Shown here: in pieces, positions 37,706-47,505 of the stretch | Position numbering within the stretch: position 1 is the stretch's first letter | Layout: each line of letters begins with the position of its first letter | Virus record (IMG/VR): IMGVR_UViG_3300028581_000013 | Strand: one strand, 5' to 3' | DNA length: 64,000 bases | Source of the DNA: a virus | The notes under the pieces: model-generated | The model's input: only the letters and a program-made list of their open reading frames with translations | Told to the model about the DNA's origin: nothing | Database searches by the model: none | Position numbers and translations under genes: made by a program

Positions 37706-39514
37706 ATGGCAAATACAAATATTTTAATCAAACGCTCGTCAAGCACAACCAGACCAAGTTCCCTGGCAGCTGGTGAGTTAGGTTATTCGTATCTATCGAA
37801 TACTCTTTTCTTAGGTACTGCCGCTGGTAACGGTGCCATCAACGTTGGTGGTGTCTATTATACTCAAGCAATCGACAATGCAACTTCGGCTGCAACTCCA
37901 GACACAATCGTTAAACGTGATGCTTCAGGTAATTCAACCTTTACAAACATCACAGTAACAGGATTCATTTCTGGTACAATTGACGGTGTTGCCAATGCTG
38001 CTGTCCGTCTACAGACACCAAGAAGTTTCTCTATTTCTGGTGGCGACATCTCTGCTACCGGCGTTAACTTTGATGGTACAGGTGCAGTTACATTAAATGC
38101 CTCACTTAATGCCATTCCAGGTCTAAGTGCTGGTTCATACGGTTCTTCTACTGCCATTCCAGTTGTTACTGTTGCCGCTAACGGACGTGTTACAGCCATT
38201 TCAACGCAGTCCATTTCCACATCATTTGGTCTTTCTGGTGATTCCGGTACAACTCAAATTGATGGTGGTGAAACACTATATGTGGTTGGTGGTGCTGGCA
38301 TCACATCGGCAATTACAGCCAACACAATTACATTAGATGTTGACACAACTGTTGTTCGTTCCAATACAGCAATCACAAGTCAAACAATTGATGGTTCTGT
38401 AACAATTGCTGGCAATTTAACAGTTCAAGGTATGCATACAACAGTTAATACAGCTACATTGAATGTTGTTGACCCATTAATTATTTTAGCTTCGAACAAT
38501 AGTTCTGATGCGGTTGACATTGGTTTTGCTGGACATTACACGGATGGTAGTAGTGTTGCAAGACATACTGGTTTCTTCCGTGATGCTGGTACAAAAGAAT
38601 ACTATGTATTTGATGGATACACTCCAGAATTAATTGGTAATAGTATCGATGTAGCCAACGCCAGCTTTAACACAGCAAACGTTAATGTTGGATATGTTAA
38701 ATCTACTGGCATTATTAACAATGGTATCAATTTAGATACTCATATTCAAGGTCTATACAACCTTGCCAATACAACATCAACAACAGCAAGTAATGCAAAT
38801 GCTAATACTATCTACACACAAGGCGTAGATGCAACACAAAATACCAACATTACTCATGCTGATACCAAGGCACAAGCTGCTTTCGATAAGGCAAATAATG
38901 CTGTAGTAGCATCAACTGACTTTACGTTTGGTCAGATGGTTGTTGCAGATGGTACAGATTCGTTAAAGAGTCTTGCCAATGCTTCTTATACATTAACTGG
39001 TTCTTTAGCTGCTGCTAAAACAATCACATCACTTTCAGTTGACAATTATGGTCGTGTAACTGCTGCTACTGGTGCTGATATTGCAATTAATGCATCACAG
39101 ATTACTGCTGGCACATTGGGTGTTGAAAGAGGCGGTACAGGCCAAGGTTCATTTACAAATGGTGCAATTCTTGTTGGTAATGGCTCAGGCGCTTTACAAA
39201 CTCTTGCTAACTCAACATACACAGCAACAGGTTCTGGTGCCGCTAACAATACAGTATCTTCGTTAAGTGTTGATGCTTATGGTCGTGTAACAGCTGCAAC
39301 GTTCTCTGCAATCTCTGGTCTAACAATTGGCCAAGGCGGTACAGGTCGTTCAACATTTACTACTAACGGTCTAGTATATGGTAACTCTACTGACGGACTA
39401 TTAGTAACTGCAGCTGCTGGTACTTCTGATCAAACATTTAGTAATCAACTTCTTACTGTTACTAATGCTGGTGTTCCGGTTTGGACAAGTGCTCTTGATG
39501 GAGGCACATTCTAA
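37706..39514 (+). CDS. tail fibre protein
   Basis: ILIKRSS...RPSSLAAGELGYS N-domain; VD.YGRVTAA and V..GGTG fibre repeats; ends LDGGTF. Confidence 0.8.
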   Translation: MANTNILIKRSSSTTRPSSLAAGELGYSYLSNTLFLGTAAGNGAINVGGVYYTQAIDNATSAATPDTIVKRDASGNSTFTNITVTGFISGTIDGVANAAVRLQTPRSFSISGGDISATGVNFDGTGAVTLNASLNAIPGLSAGSYGSSTAIPVVTVAANGRVTAISTQSISTSFGLSGDSGTTQIDGGETLYVVGGAGITSAITANTITLDVDTTVVRSNTAITSQTIDGSVTIAGNLTVQGMHTTVNTATLNVVDPLIILASNNSSDAVDIGFAGHYTDGSSVARHTGFFRDAGTKEYYVFDGYTPELIGNSIDVANASFNTANVNVGYVKSTGIINNGINLDTHIQGLYNLANTTSTTASNANANTIYTQGVDATQNTNITHADTKAQAAFDKANNAVVASTDFTFGQMVVADGTDSLKSLANASYTLTGSLAAAKTITSLSVDNYGRVTAATGADIAINASQITAGTLGVERGGTGQGSFTNGAILVGNGSGALQTLANSTYTATGSGAANNTVSSLSVDAYGRVTAATFSAISGLTIGQGGTGRSTFTTNGLVYGNSTDGLLVTAAAGTSDQTFSNQLLTVTNAGVPVWTSALDGGTF

Positions 39515-39552
39515 GTAATACTATATAATTTTTTTATAATAGGGAGTTTGAA

Positions 39553-40158
39553 ATGGGTAATGAAAAGTTTGTTAATTATTATATTGAGGGATTGATTACT
39601 ACATTAAATGATTGTTTGATAAGAAACATTTCATTACAAGCAAATGACAGAATCAGCAAAGAAATAATTGAGGAACACACTAAGAAGGTTGAAGGTTTAG
39701 ATGGTACTATTAATGCTCTTAAAGTAGATTTAGAATCTGCTAAAAAACAGCAAAATGATTCTGATAATCAACGTTATCAAAATTTAGAAAATAGTATCAA
39801 AGACCATGTAAACACAATCAACACATTGAATCAGGAGATTTCTCAGTTAAAAACAATGAAAGCTGAATATGAAAATGTTAAACATCAAGTACAACATGTA
39901 GACACTTTCAGAACCGAGTTAAACAAAACACGGGAAGAATTAAATAATGTTCGTGTTGATAATGAAAAAATTATTGCTGATTTAACTAGTTCGTATGAAT
40001 TAAAAATTAAAGAACTAAATGATAAGATTGACTATTTACAATTAACTCCTGCTAAAAGAAAAAAAGTTGAGGAAGTAAAAAAAGAAGTTACTGAAACACC
40101 AACATTGGATGTTTTTAGTAATTCGGAAGATACACTCAAAGATGGCGGAAGTTTTTAA
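39553..40158 (+). CDS. coiled-coil protein ending in DGGSF
   Basis: Long heptad-rich charged sequence; C-terminal LKDGGSF. Confidence 0.7.
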   Translation: MGNEKFVNYYIEGLITTLNDCLIRNISLQANDRISKEIIEEHTKKVEGLDGTINALKVDLESAKKQQNDSDNQRYQNLENSIKDHVNTINTLNQEISQLKTMKAEYENVKHQVQHVDTFRTELNKTREELNNVRVDNEKIIADLTSSYELKIKELNDKIDYLQLTPAKRKKVEEVKKEVTETPTLDVFSNSEDTLKDGGSF

Positions 40159-40163
40159 GGTAA

Positions 40164-40655
40164 ATGGCAAACACAACAGTACAGTTAAAGAAATCAGGTG
40201 TAACAGGTAACGTACCACCTTCACTATCGTATGGTGAGTTGGCGTTAAACTACGCTGATGGAAAACTGTTCTATAAAGCCTCAAATGGTTCAATCGCTAG
40301 TATTTCTACTAGCCCAGCAACCGATTCTTTTGCTACAATCAATGCTAATTCTTCTCTGATATTAGCAACTTCTCCGTATGATACACTATCAATTCTTCCT
40401 GGTAATAATATTACCATATCTACGGACACATTTAATAAAAGAATCACAATTAATTCTACAGCAAGCGGCGGTGGCGATTCAACCGATCAATTTGCCAGAG
40501 ATAAAGCCAATTCAGCCAATGTTTTGGCTCAAGCGGCTTTTGATCAAGCAAACACGGGAGCAGGAACTTATACGATAACCGGTGGTCAATATATAGACCA
40601 CGGTTGGATACCCCAAACACCGGGTCCAATATTATTCGATTACGGAACACTATAA
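40164..40655 (+). CDS. short fibre connector (gp37-N-like domain)
   Basis: VQLKKSGVTGNVPPSLSYGELALNYADGKLFYK; ends FDYGTL. Confidence 0.72.
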   Translation: MANTTVQLKKSGVTGNVPPSLSYGELALNYADGKLFYKASNGSIASISTSPATDSFATINANSSLILATSPYDTLSILPGNNITISTDTFNKRITINSTASGGGDSTDQFARDKANSANVLAQAAFDQANTGAGTYTITGGQYIDHGWIPQTPGPILFDYGTL

Positions 40656-40658
40656 ATA
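40651..40658 (+). promoter_or_regulatory. T4-type late promoter
   Basis: Exact TATAAATA 22 nt upstream of the ATG at 40680. Confidence 0.7.
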
Positions 40659-40679
40659 TACATATAAGTTGGAAAAAAT

Positions 40680-42572
40680 ATGGCAGCTAACAATTCTACT
40701 ATAGTTCAAATCCGTAGAGGTACTACGGCACAGACAGCATCTTTTACTGGTGCTTTGGCCGAACTCACGGTTGATACAGACCAAAAAACAGTTGTTGTTC
40801 ATGATGGTGTAACTCTAGGTGGTACAACACTTGCAACTAAATCATTTGCTCAAGCGGCTTTTAATGCAGCCAATACTGCCACAGGTACAGTTGGTCAATT
40901 AGCATTTGATAAAGCCAATTCAGCCAATGTGTTAGCACAGGCATCATATAATTTTGCAAACACAATTGCTGCTGGTGCTATTTCTAATGTATCATTAACA
41001 TTTTCTAATACTGCTTCTGGTACAATACCAGCAGTTAACAGTTTAAAACCAGGTGAACCATCTATCAATCTAATTGATGGTAGAATGTTTATTCAATTAA
41101 ACAATGGTCAAATTATTGATATATCTTCTGCACCAACAGGTAACACTTGGCATGTGGCAATGAATGGTAACGATAACTTTAAAGGTGATACACCAAGTGC
41201 CGCTAAGGCAACCATTCGTGCAGCTGTAGCTCTGGCACAACCTGGTGATTCTGTTGTAGTTCATTCAGGAACATATACAGAAATTACACCAATTATTATT
41301 CCACAGAATGTTCAAGTACAAGGTTCTGGTGAAAGAACTTGTATTATTAAACCAACAACAACTTCTAATAATGTTTTCTATGTAAACAATAACAGTTATG
41401 TAACTGGTTTTAAATTTATAGAATATACTGGTGCCGCTGTTTCTTTTCCAACAACTACATTAGAAACAGGTACAGCACAAGCCGGTGGTGCAAATACAAT
41501 TACTTTAAATTCTGGCGCATCGACTTACACCGATCATTATAAGAGTATGAAAGTTACTATTACTGGTGGAACAGGATCAGGACAATCAGCCAATGTTTCT
41601 TCTTACAACGGCACAACAAAAGTTGCCACAGTAGATGCAAACTGGTCAACACAACCAAATAATACTTCTGTATATTCTTTAGGCATACCACTTAGAAATT
41701 CACCTGCAGCTGCAAGTTCTAGGTATACCACATACATTACTGGTAGTCCATACATTTATAATTGCTCGTCAATCACAACGACAGGAACAGGCATCAAAAT
41801 CGATGGAGATTTGGCGACAGGCAACAAGAGTATTATCTCTGCACAATTCACTCAGGTCAATTCTGGTGGTACGGGGATACATGTATTGAATGATGGTTAC
41901 ACACAGTTGGTTTCCATTTATGGTATTTTCTGTGATACGGCATTCTTAGCCGAATCAGGTGGTACTGCTTCAATGGGTAACTGTAACGTAAACTTTGGTA
42001 ACAAAGGTTTAGTTGCCAACGGTAAAGGTAAGTTGGCGATGACAGCTAATTTGTCAATGACTAGTGCTGAAGCAACTTTTACAATCGACCTAAATAATGT
42101 CGTAGCGAATAGTGCTTTGGGAATCACAGCAACTATTCCATACACAGGTTTGATTATGAAAATAGATGGAGATGCAGCTGAAAGTTATTATCCTGTTACT
42201 GAAGCAACAACATTAAGTGGTGGTAATACAACAGTAACATTCCAAAACTCAATTGCAAATTCATTCTCAAGTGGAACAGGTGTTAAATTTTATCAGCAAA
42301 GTCAATTGAGAGCATCCGGCCAGACTTTTGAATATGTTGGTGCTGGTACATCAATTAATGCTTTACCTAAGTTAGGTGGTATTGCTAACTCGGCTGCACA
42401 GATAATTGGAATTGATGAAGGTGCTGTGTTTGCTACTTCAACAGACCAAAGTGGTAATTTTGTTGTATCTGATTTAACGATTAATCAGTCAACATCTACG
42501 ATTTCAGGAAGAACCTTTTCGAAAAGTCTTTTTGCTGAAATGACTCCTTATATACTCGCTCTAGAAGGTTAA
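40680..42572 (+). CDS. tailspike-like protein: Mtd-N-like domain plus pectin-lyase-like beta-helix
   Basis: VQIRRGTT.....FTGA.AELTVDTD.K..VVHDG...GG; WHVAMNGND...G......KATIRAA, V..G.Y.E..P. Confidence 0.7.
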   Translation: MAANNSTIVQIRRGTTAQTASFTGALAELTVDTDQKTVVVHDGVTLGGTTLATKSFAQAAFNAANTATGTVGQLAFDKANSANVLAQASYNFANTIAAGAISNVSLTFSNTASGTIPAVNSLKPGEPSINLIDGRMFIQLNNGQIIDISSAPTGNTWHVAMNGNDNFKGDTPSAAKATIRAAVALAQPGDSVVVHSGTYTEITPIIIPQNVQVQGSGERTCIIKPTTTSNNVFYVNNNSYVTGFKFIEYTGAAVSFPTTTLETGTAQAGGANTITLNSGASTYTDHYKSMKVTITGGTGSGQSANVSSYNGTTKVATVDANWSTQPNNTSVYSLGIPLRNSPAAASSRYTTYITGSPYIYNCSSITTTGTGIKIDGDLATGNKSIISAQFTQVNSGGTGIHVLNDGYTQLVSIYGIFCDTAFLAESGGTASMGNCNVNFGNKGLVANGKGKLAMTANLSMTSAEATFTIDLNNVVANSALGITATIPYTGLIMKIDGDAAESYYPVTEATTLSGGNTTVTFQNSIANSFSSGTGVKFYQQSQLRASGQTFEYVGAGTSINALPKLGGIANSAAQIIGIDEGAVFATSTDQSGNFVVSDLTINQSTSTISGRTFSKSLFAEMTPYILALEG

Positions 42573-42576
42573 TAAA

Positions 42577-42918
42577 ATGGCAACACAAATTCCATTAAAT
42601 ACATTTAAAACAACAACAGCCAACGTTACAACGTCAACGACAACCGTATATACCACACCTGCTGGTGTAACAACTGTTGTTCTGTTGACACAAGTTTCAA
42701 ATATTGATCCTACTAATTCTGTAACTGTTTCGGCTAACCATGTTCGTAGTGGTAATTCAGTATCACTTATTAAAAATACAACCATACCTGTTAGTGATGC
42801 TGCAAGTCTGTTAACTGGTAAATTAATATTACAAACTGGAGATTCATTCTCAATTAGTGCTAGTGCAAACGACAGAGCACAATTGGTATTATCTTATCTC
42901 GAAACTGCTAACGCTTAA
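42577..42918 (+). CDS. small beta-rich structural protein
   Basis: TVYTTPAG.TTVV, KLIL.TGD; similar to 47176-47505. Confidence 0.65.
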   Translation: MATQIPLNTFKTTTANVTTSTTTVYTTPAGVTTVVLLTQVSNIDPTNSVTVSANHVRSGNSVSLIKNTTIPVSDAASLLTGKLILQTGDSFSISASANDRAQLVLSYLETANA

Positions 42919-42926
42919 TATAAAAC

Positions 42927-44006
42927 ATGTCGACCAAATCCAGATTAATTAGTGGCCGTGTACCTGTAACTAGTGCAGCTAACGTTGCAGCTAATAGATA
43001 TCAATACTTAGACCTAAGTTCTGCTGAGCCAAATCTTGGTACAGGTAATACTGGTGATGTATTAATTTATGATAGTACATTTCCAGGTGGTCGTAAGTGG
43101 ACTGCTCAAGCTGAAATTCGTGGATCAATTGGTGAAGCTGCATACTCAGAGGCAAACACTGCTTCAGCAAATACATTATATCTCTCTGGTGTTGATGTTG
43201 CACAGAACACCAGACTTACAGCCGTAGAAACTAATGCACAAGCAGCCTTTAATGCTGCCAATACAAAGTTGTCATCTTCAGGTGGTACAATCACTGGATC
43301 ATTAAATGTATCACAAGATTTAGCCGTTACAGGAAACTTGACTGTACTAGGTACAACAACAACAATCAATACAACTTCATTTACTGTTATCGATTCTTTA
43401 ATAACATTAGGAACAGGAAATTATACATCCGATTTATTAGACATTGGTATTAGTGGTCACTACAATGATGGCACCAATGCACACACAGGATTCATAAGAG
43501 ATCCTGACACAAAAGAATGGTATGTATTTAAAGGTTATACTCCTGAAATTACTGCAAATAACAATGTTAATATTAACCATGCTTCATTTGCTAAAGCTAA
43601 TGTTAATGCAGACTACTTTAAAGGTAATGTAGCATTCCCGGATGGTACCACACAAACAACAGCTGCAACAGGCATAGATTCGTATGCTAGAACAACAGCA
43701 AACACCGTTTCTGCAAACACCATTTATACTCAAGGTGTTGATGTTACACAGAATACAAATATTACCAACATAAATTCTTTAGCACAAGCTGCTTTCAACA
43801 GAGCAAACTCTGGTGCTCGAGCAACATCAAGTAACACAGCACCTACAGGTAATACTGTTGGTGATTTATGGTTAAGTTTAACAGATGAAACATTGTATAT
43901 GTATTCATATGATGGTGTAAGTAATAATTGGATTGATATTTCTGGACCAATACTGATATCGTCCAATATTCTTGTTCAATACACCATCACATCTAATGTA
44001 AGTTAA
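42927..44006 (+). CDS. fibre-like structural protein
   Basis: SAEPNLG; GNLTV.GTTT and DIG..GHY.DG...HTGF.RD..TKE domain shared with 37706; AP.....GDLW C-terminal motif. Confidence 0.7.
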   Translation: MSTKSRLISGRVPVTSAANVAANRYQYLDLSSAEPNLGTGNTGDVLIYDSTFPGGRKWTAQAEIRGSIGEAAYSEANTASANTLYLSGVDVAQNTRLTAVETNAQAAFNAANTKLSSSGGTITGSLNVSQDLAVTGNLTVLGTTTTINTTSFTVIDSLITLGTGNYTSDLLDIGISGHYNDGTNAHTGFIRDPDTKEWYVFKGYTPEITANNNVNINHASFAKANVNADYFKGNVAFPDGTTQTTAATGIDSYARTTANTVSANTIYTQGVDVTQNTNITNINSLAQAAFNRANSGARATSSNTAPTGNTVGDLWLSLTDETLYMYSYDGVSNNWIDISGPILISSNILVQYTITSNVS

Positions 44007-44015
44007 GGATTAGAA

Positions 44016-45419
44016 ATGCCATTAAATGAAACCTCGAACACTACGGTACAATTTACAGTAACTACAACCAACACAGCCGATGGTACCACATTGTATTGGA
44101 AGACCACGGGTAACACCACCAATTCGGATATTGTTGGCGGTAATACGGGTTCTATTACAGTTACAAATAATCGTGCTGTATGGAATGTAACAATTTCAGC
44201 GGATGATGCTACAGATGGAACTAAAACTTTAGGTATTCAAATTCTTACTGGCTCATTAGATGGTACACCAGTAGTAAATACCGCAAGCCCAATTGTAATT
44301 ACTGATACCTCTCAAACACCAGACTATGGTTATTTGTATACATGGGGTAATAACACATACGGAGTTTTAGGTACCGGAGGTGGGGGTGTTTTAAGTCCAG
44401 TTCAAGTTGGATCTCTAACAACTTGGATGAATATTTCTGCTGGTCACAATCATACTATATCAAAAAAATCTGATTATACTTTGTGGGCTTGGGGATTTAA
44501 CGGTAACGGACAATTGGGTAACAATAGTATAACTTCAGTAGGTAGTCCTATACAAATTGGAAGCGCTACGAATTGGAATAAAGTTTCAGCCGGATACAAT
44601 ACTTCATTTGCAATCAAAGACAACGGCACATTATGGGCTTGGGGTGATAATTCATATAGACAATCAGGTATAGGATATGGAGGACCTGGTTATTTTACCT
44701 ATGTACCAACACAAGTAGGATCATTAACAACTTGGGCAGAGGTTGTCGGTGGATATACTCACACATTAGCAGTTAAAAACGATGGTACCTTGTGGGTTTG
44801 GGGTACAAATGGAAATCCAAGTAATACTGGTGCTTTAGGATTAAATGAATCTAGCCCATATGTAATAACAGATAGTCCTGTGCAAAATGGATCATCAACA
44901 AATTGGTCAAAAGTTTCCGCTGGAACTCGAAATAGTGCAGCAATTAAAACTGATGGAACATTGTGGACTTGGGGAGCTCCAGGACTATCTCTTGGTCATA
45001 ACACTACATCTCATAGGTCCAGTCCAACACAAGTCGGAACAGGAACAAATTGGTCAAACGTTTCTATGAGTGGTGATAGAGCTCTAGCAATCAAAACCGA
45101 TGGAACACTATGGGCATGGGGAAATAATAATCGAGGCCAATTAGGTACAAATAACACAAATAATTATTCCAGTCCTGTTCAGATAGGAACCGATACAACT
45201 TGGCGTGAAGTTTTTTGTGGTAAAAATAATGAATTTACACTAGCAACTAAAACAAATGGTACATTATGGTCTTGGGGATTGGGCAATGCAGGTGGCGGCA
45301 CCAGTCCGTTAGGATTGGGTTCAACCACTAGTAGATCAAGTCCCGTTCAAGTCGGAACAGGAACAACTTGGTTGCGAGCCACATCCACTCTATATGCTGG
45401 CCTGGCTATATTAGGTTAA
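44016..45419 (+). CDS. RCC1/BLIP-II-like 7-blade propeller with N-terminal Ig-like domain
   Basis: Seven SP.Q.G..T.W / K.DGTLW.WG repeats. Confidence 0.88.
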   Translation: MPLNETSNTTVQFTVTTTNTADGTTLYWKTTGNTTNSDIVGGNTGSITVTNNRAVWNVTISADDATDGTKTLGIQILTGSLDGTPVVNTASPIVITDTSQTPDYGYLYTWGNNTYGVLGTGGGGVLSPVQVGSLTTWMNISAGHNHTISKKSDYTLWAWGFNGNGQLGNNSITSVGSPIQIGSATNWNKVSAGYNTSFAIKDNGTLWAWGDNSYRQSGIGYGGPGYFTYVPTQVGSLTTWAEVVGGYTHTLAVKNDGTLWVWGTNGNPSNTGALGLNESSPYVITDSPVQNGSSTNWSKVSAGTRNSAAIKTDGTLWTWGAPGLSLGHNTTSHRSSPTQVGTGTNWSNVSMSGDRALAIKTDGTLWAWGNNNRGQLGTNNTNNYSSPVQIGTDTTWREVFCGKNNEFTLATKTNGTLWSWGLGNAGGGTSPLGLGSTTSRSSPVQVGTGTTWLRATSTLYAGLAILG

Positions 45420-45439
45420 ATAAAAAGGAGAAGTAAAAA

Positions 45440-45802
45440 ATGAGTCATTTTGCAAAAGTAGAAGATGGAACAGTAACGCAAGTTATTGTTATTGAGCAAG
45501 ATGTTTTAAACACCGGACATTGGGGTGACCCAGCATCTTGGGTGCAAACATCATACAACACACACGGTGGTGTTCACGCTAATGGTGGAACTCCATTAAG
45601 AAAGAACTTTGCTGGTATTGGTTACGCATACGATGCTGGTCGTGATGCATTTATTCCGCCAAAGCCATTCAATTCATGGGTATTGAATGAAGATACTTGT
45701 CTGTGGGATGCACCAACACCAATGCCTGTAGAAGAAGGTAAAATGTTTGTTTGGGATGAAGATACAACATCTTGGGTAGAATTTGTTCCACCAACAGAAT
45801 AA
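45440..45802 (+). CDS. conserved phage protein, possible fibre-associated chaperone
   Basis: MSHFAK, WVQTSYNT, LRKNFAGIGY.YD..RDAFIPPKPF.SW.L.E..C.W.AP.P.P. Confidence 0.7.
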   Translation: MSHFAKVEDGTVTQVIVIEQDVLNTGHWGDPASWVQTSYNTHGGVHANGGTPLRKNFAGIGYAYDAGRDAFIPPKPFNSWVLNEDTCLWDAPTPMPVEEGKMFVWDEDTTSWVEFVPPTE

Positions 45803-45827
45803 ATATAAGATAACCTAGGAATATTAC

Positions 45828-47165
45828 ATGGCATTTCCAACCTCACCGGCAAATAATCAAACCGCTCTAGTAAACGGCATTGTTTATCAATGGAATGCTG
45901 CGCTTGGTGCTTGGAAAAGAAACGGTTCAATTAACTCCGCTACTATCGGCCAATTAGTTTTATCTTCAGGACAAATCTCCACATCAAATGTATCAGGCAC
46001 GTTAATCGTTTCTGGTGGTGTAGGCATCACAGGTAATTTATATACAGGTGGCATTTATGTTACTGGTGCCAATGGTATTACATTCTCAGATGGTTCGGTA
46101 CAAACATCTGCTGGCGCTTCAGCGGCCACAGGTGCAGCTGCTTTTGATCAAGCTAATGCGGCCAATCAATATGCTAATTCAGCTTATGCTCAAGCTAATG
46201 CAGCCAACTCTTTAGCTGGTTCAGCTTACGGCCAAGCAAACGCAGCCTTTGCACAAGCTAATGCGGCCAATCAATATGCTAATTCGGCCTTTGCAAAAGC
46301 CAATACTGTAGCCAGTGATTTAGCAAACTTTAGTTCTTTGTTTGCTGGTATTGAAGTAACACAAAATACTAGAATTGGTAATGCAGAAACACAAACACAA
46401 GCCGCTTTTGATAAAGCAAACTCAGCCAATGTACTGGCACAGGCAGCTTTCAATACAGCCAATACAAAATTCTCATCATCTGGTGGTACAATTACTGGTG
46501 ATACAGTAGTAACAGGAAACTTAACAATTACTGGTGCCACCGTATATGCAAACACAGAAAACTTAACTGTCAAAGATAACATCATTACATTGAATTCAAA
46601 TGTAACTGGTGCACCTTCTTTAAGTGCTGGTATTGAAGTCAATCGTGGTTCTTCTACCAATACAAAACTATTATGGTCTGAAGCCAATACGGCTTGGGAA
46701 TTTACCAACAACGGAACAACTTACGAAAAGATTGCTGGACTAACATACGTTCAAGCAGCCTTTAATGCAGCTAACACTGCTGGTGGTGCTGATACATTTG
46801 CTAGACAAACAGCCAATGCTGCATTCACTCAAGCTAATACAGCAACAACATTAGCACAAGCAGCCTTTAATAAAGCAAACACATCTGATGCCGTATTAAC
46901 TTCTACTGTTGATACATTCACAGGTGATGGTTCAACTGTTGCATACACATTATCAACAACACCAGCAACTATTAACTATACAACGGCTGTGATTGGTGGT
47001 GTTACACAACCAAGGTCTGCTTACTCTGTTGTTGGAACAACACTTACATTTACCTCTGCACCAGCCAATACTCAGATTATAGAAGTAACAACAATTGGTA
47101 CATCCAATACCACACTATATACAGTTAATAATATTATTAGTCCATTCTTATTGATGGGCGCTTAA
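45828..47165 (+). CDS. fibre protein with Ala/Asn heptads and C-terminal TGDGS domain
   Basis: MAFPTSP N-terminus, A(F/Y)xQAN repeats, AGIEVNRG, FTGDGSTVAYTL; ends ISPFLLMGA. Confidence 0.72.
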   Translation: MAFPTSPANNQTALVNGIVYQWNAALGAWKRNGSINSATIGQLVLSSGQISTSNVSGTLIVSGGVGITGNLYTGGIYVTGANGITFSDGSVQTSAGASAATGAAAFDQANAANQYANSAYAQANAANSLAGSAYGQANAAFAQANAANQYANSAFAKANTVASDLANFSSLFAGIEVTQNTRIGNAETQTQAAFDKANSANVLAQAAFNTANTKFSSSGGTITGDTVVTGNLTITGATVYANTENLTVKDNIITLNSNVTGAPSLSAGIEVNRGSSTNTKLLWSEANTAWEFTNNGTTYEKIAGLTYVQAAFNAANTAGGADTFARQTANAAFTQANTATTLAQAAFNKANTSDAVLTSTVDTFTGDGSTVAYTLSTTPATINYTTAVIGGVTQPRSAYSVVGTTLTFTSAPANTQIIEVTTIGTSNTTLYTVNNIISPFLLMGA

Positions 47166-47175
47166 AGGAAATAAA

Positions 47176-47505
47176 ATGCCAATAACATATAAAGTTCTAG
47201 GACAAATTAACCCAACAGCACACACAGCAACAACTGTGTATACTGTGCCATCTCTTACAAGTACCATATTGAGTACTGTTACAGTATGTAATCAGGCAAA
47301 CACAGGTGCTACATTTAGATTGGCTGTTCGGCCATCTGGTGAAGCACTTGCAGCTAAACATTATATTAACTATGATACTCCCGTTCCAGGTAATGATACT
47401 GTTTCGTTAACACTCGGTATTACATTGGCTGCTACAGATGTTCTTACTGCCAATGCAAATACTTCTTTTGTAAGCATCAATGCATATGGTAGTGAGATTA
47501 GTTAA
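47176..47505 (+). CDS. small beta-rich structural protein
   Basis: YKVLGQ..P, VYTVP, LTLGITLAATDV, YGSEI. Confidence 0.7.
   Translation: MPITYKVLGQINPTAHTATTVYTVPSLTSTILSTVTVCNQANTGATFRLAVRPSGEALAAKHYINYDTPVPGNDTVSLTLGITLAATDVLTANANTSFVSINAYGSEIS

Noticed and set aside
40680-42572. Diversity-generating retroelement suggested by the Mtd-N-like domain
   Set aside because: No reverse transcriptase, no C-type-lectin variable region and no template/variable repeat pair differing at adenines is visible in the window; the domain is only the attachment module
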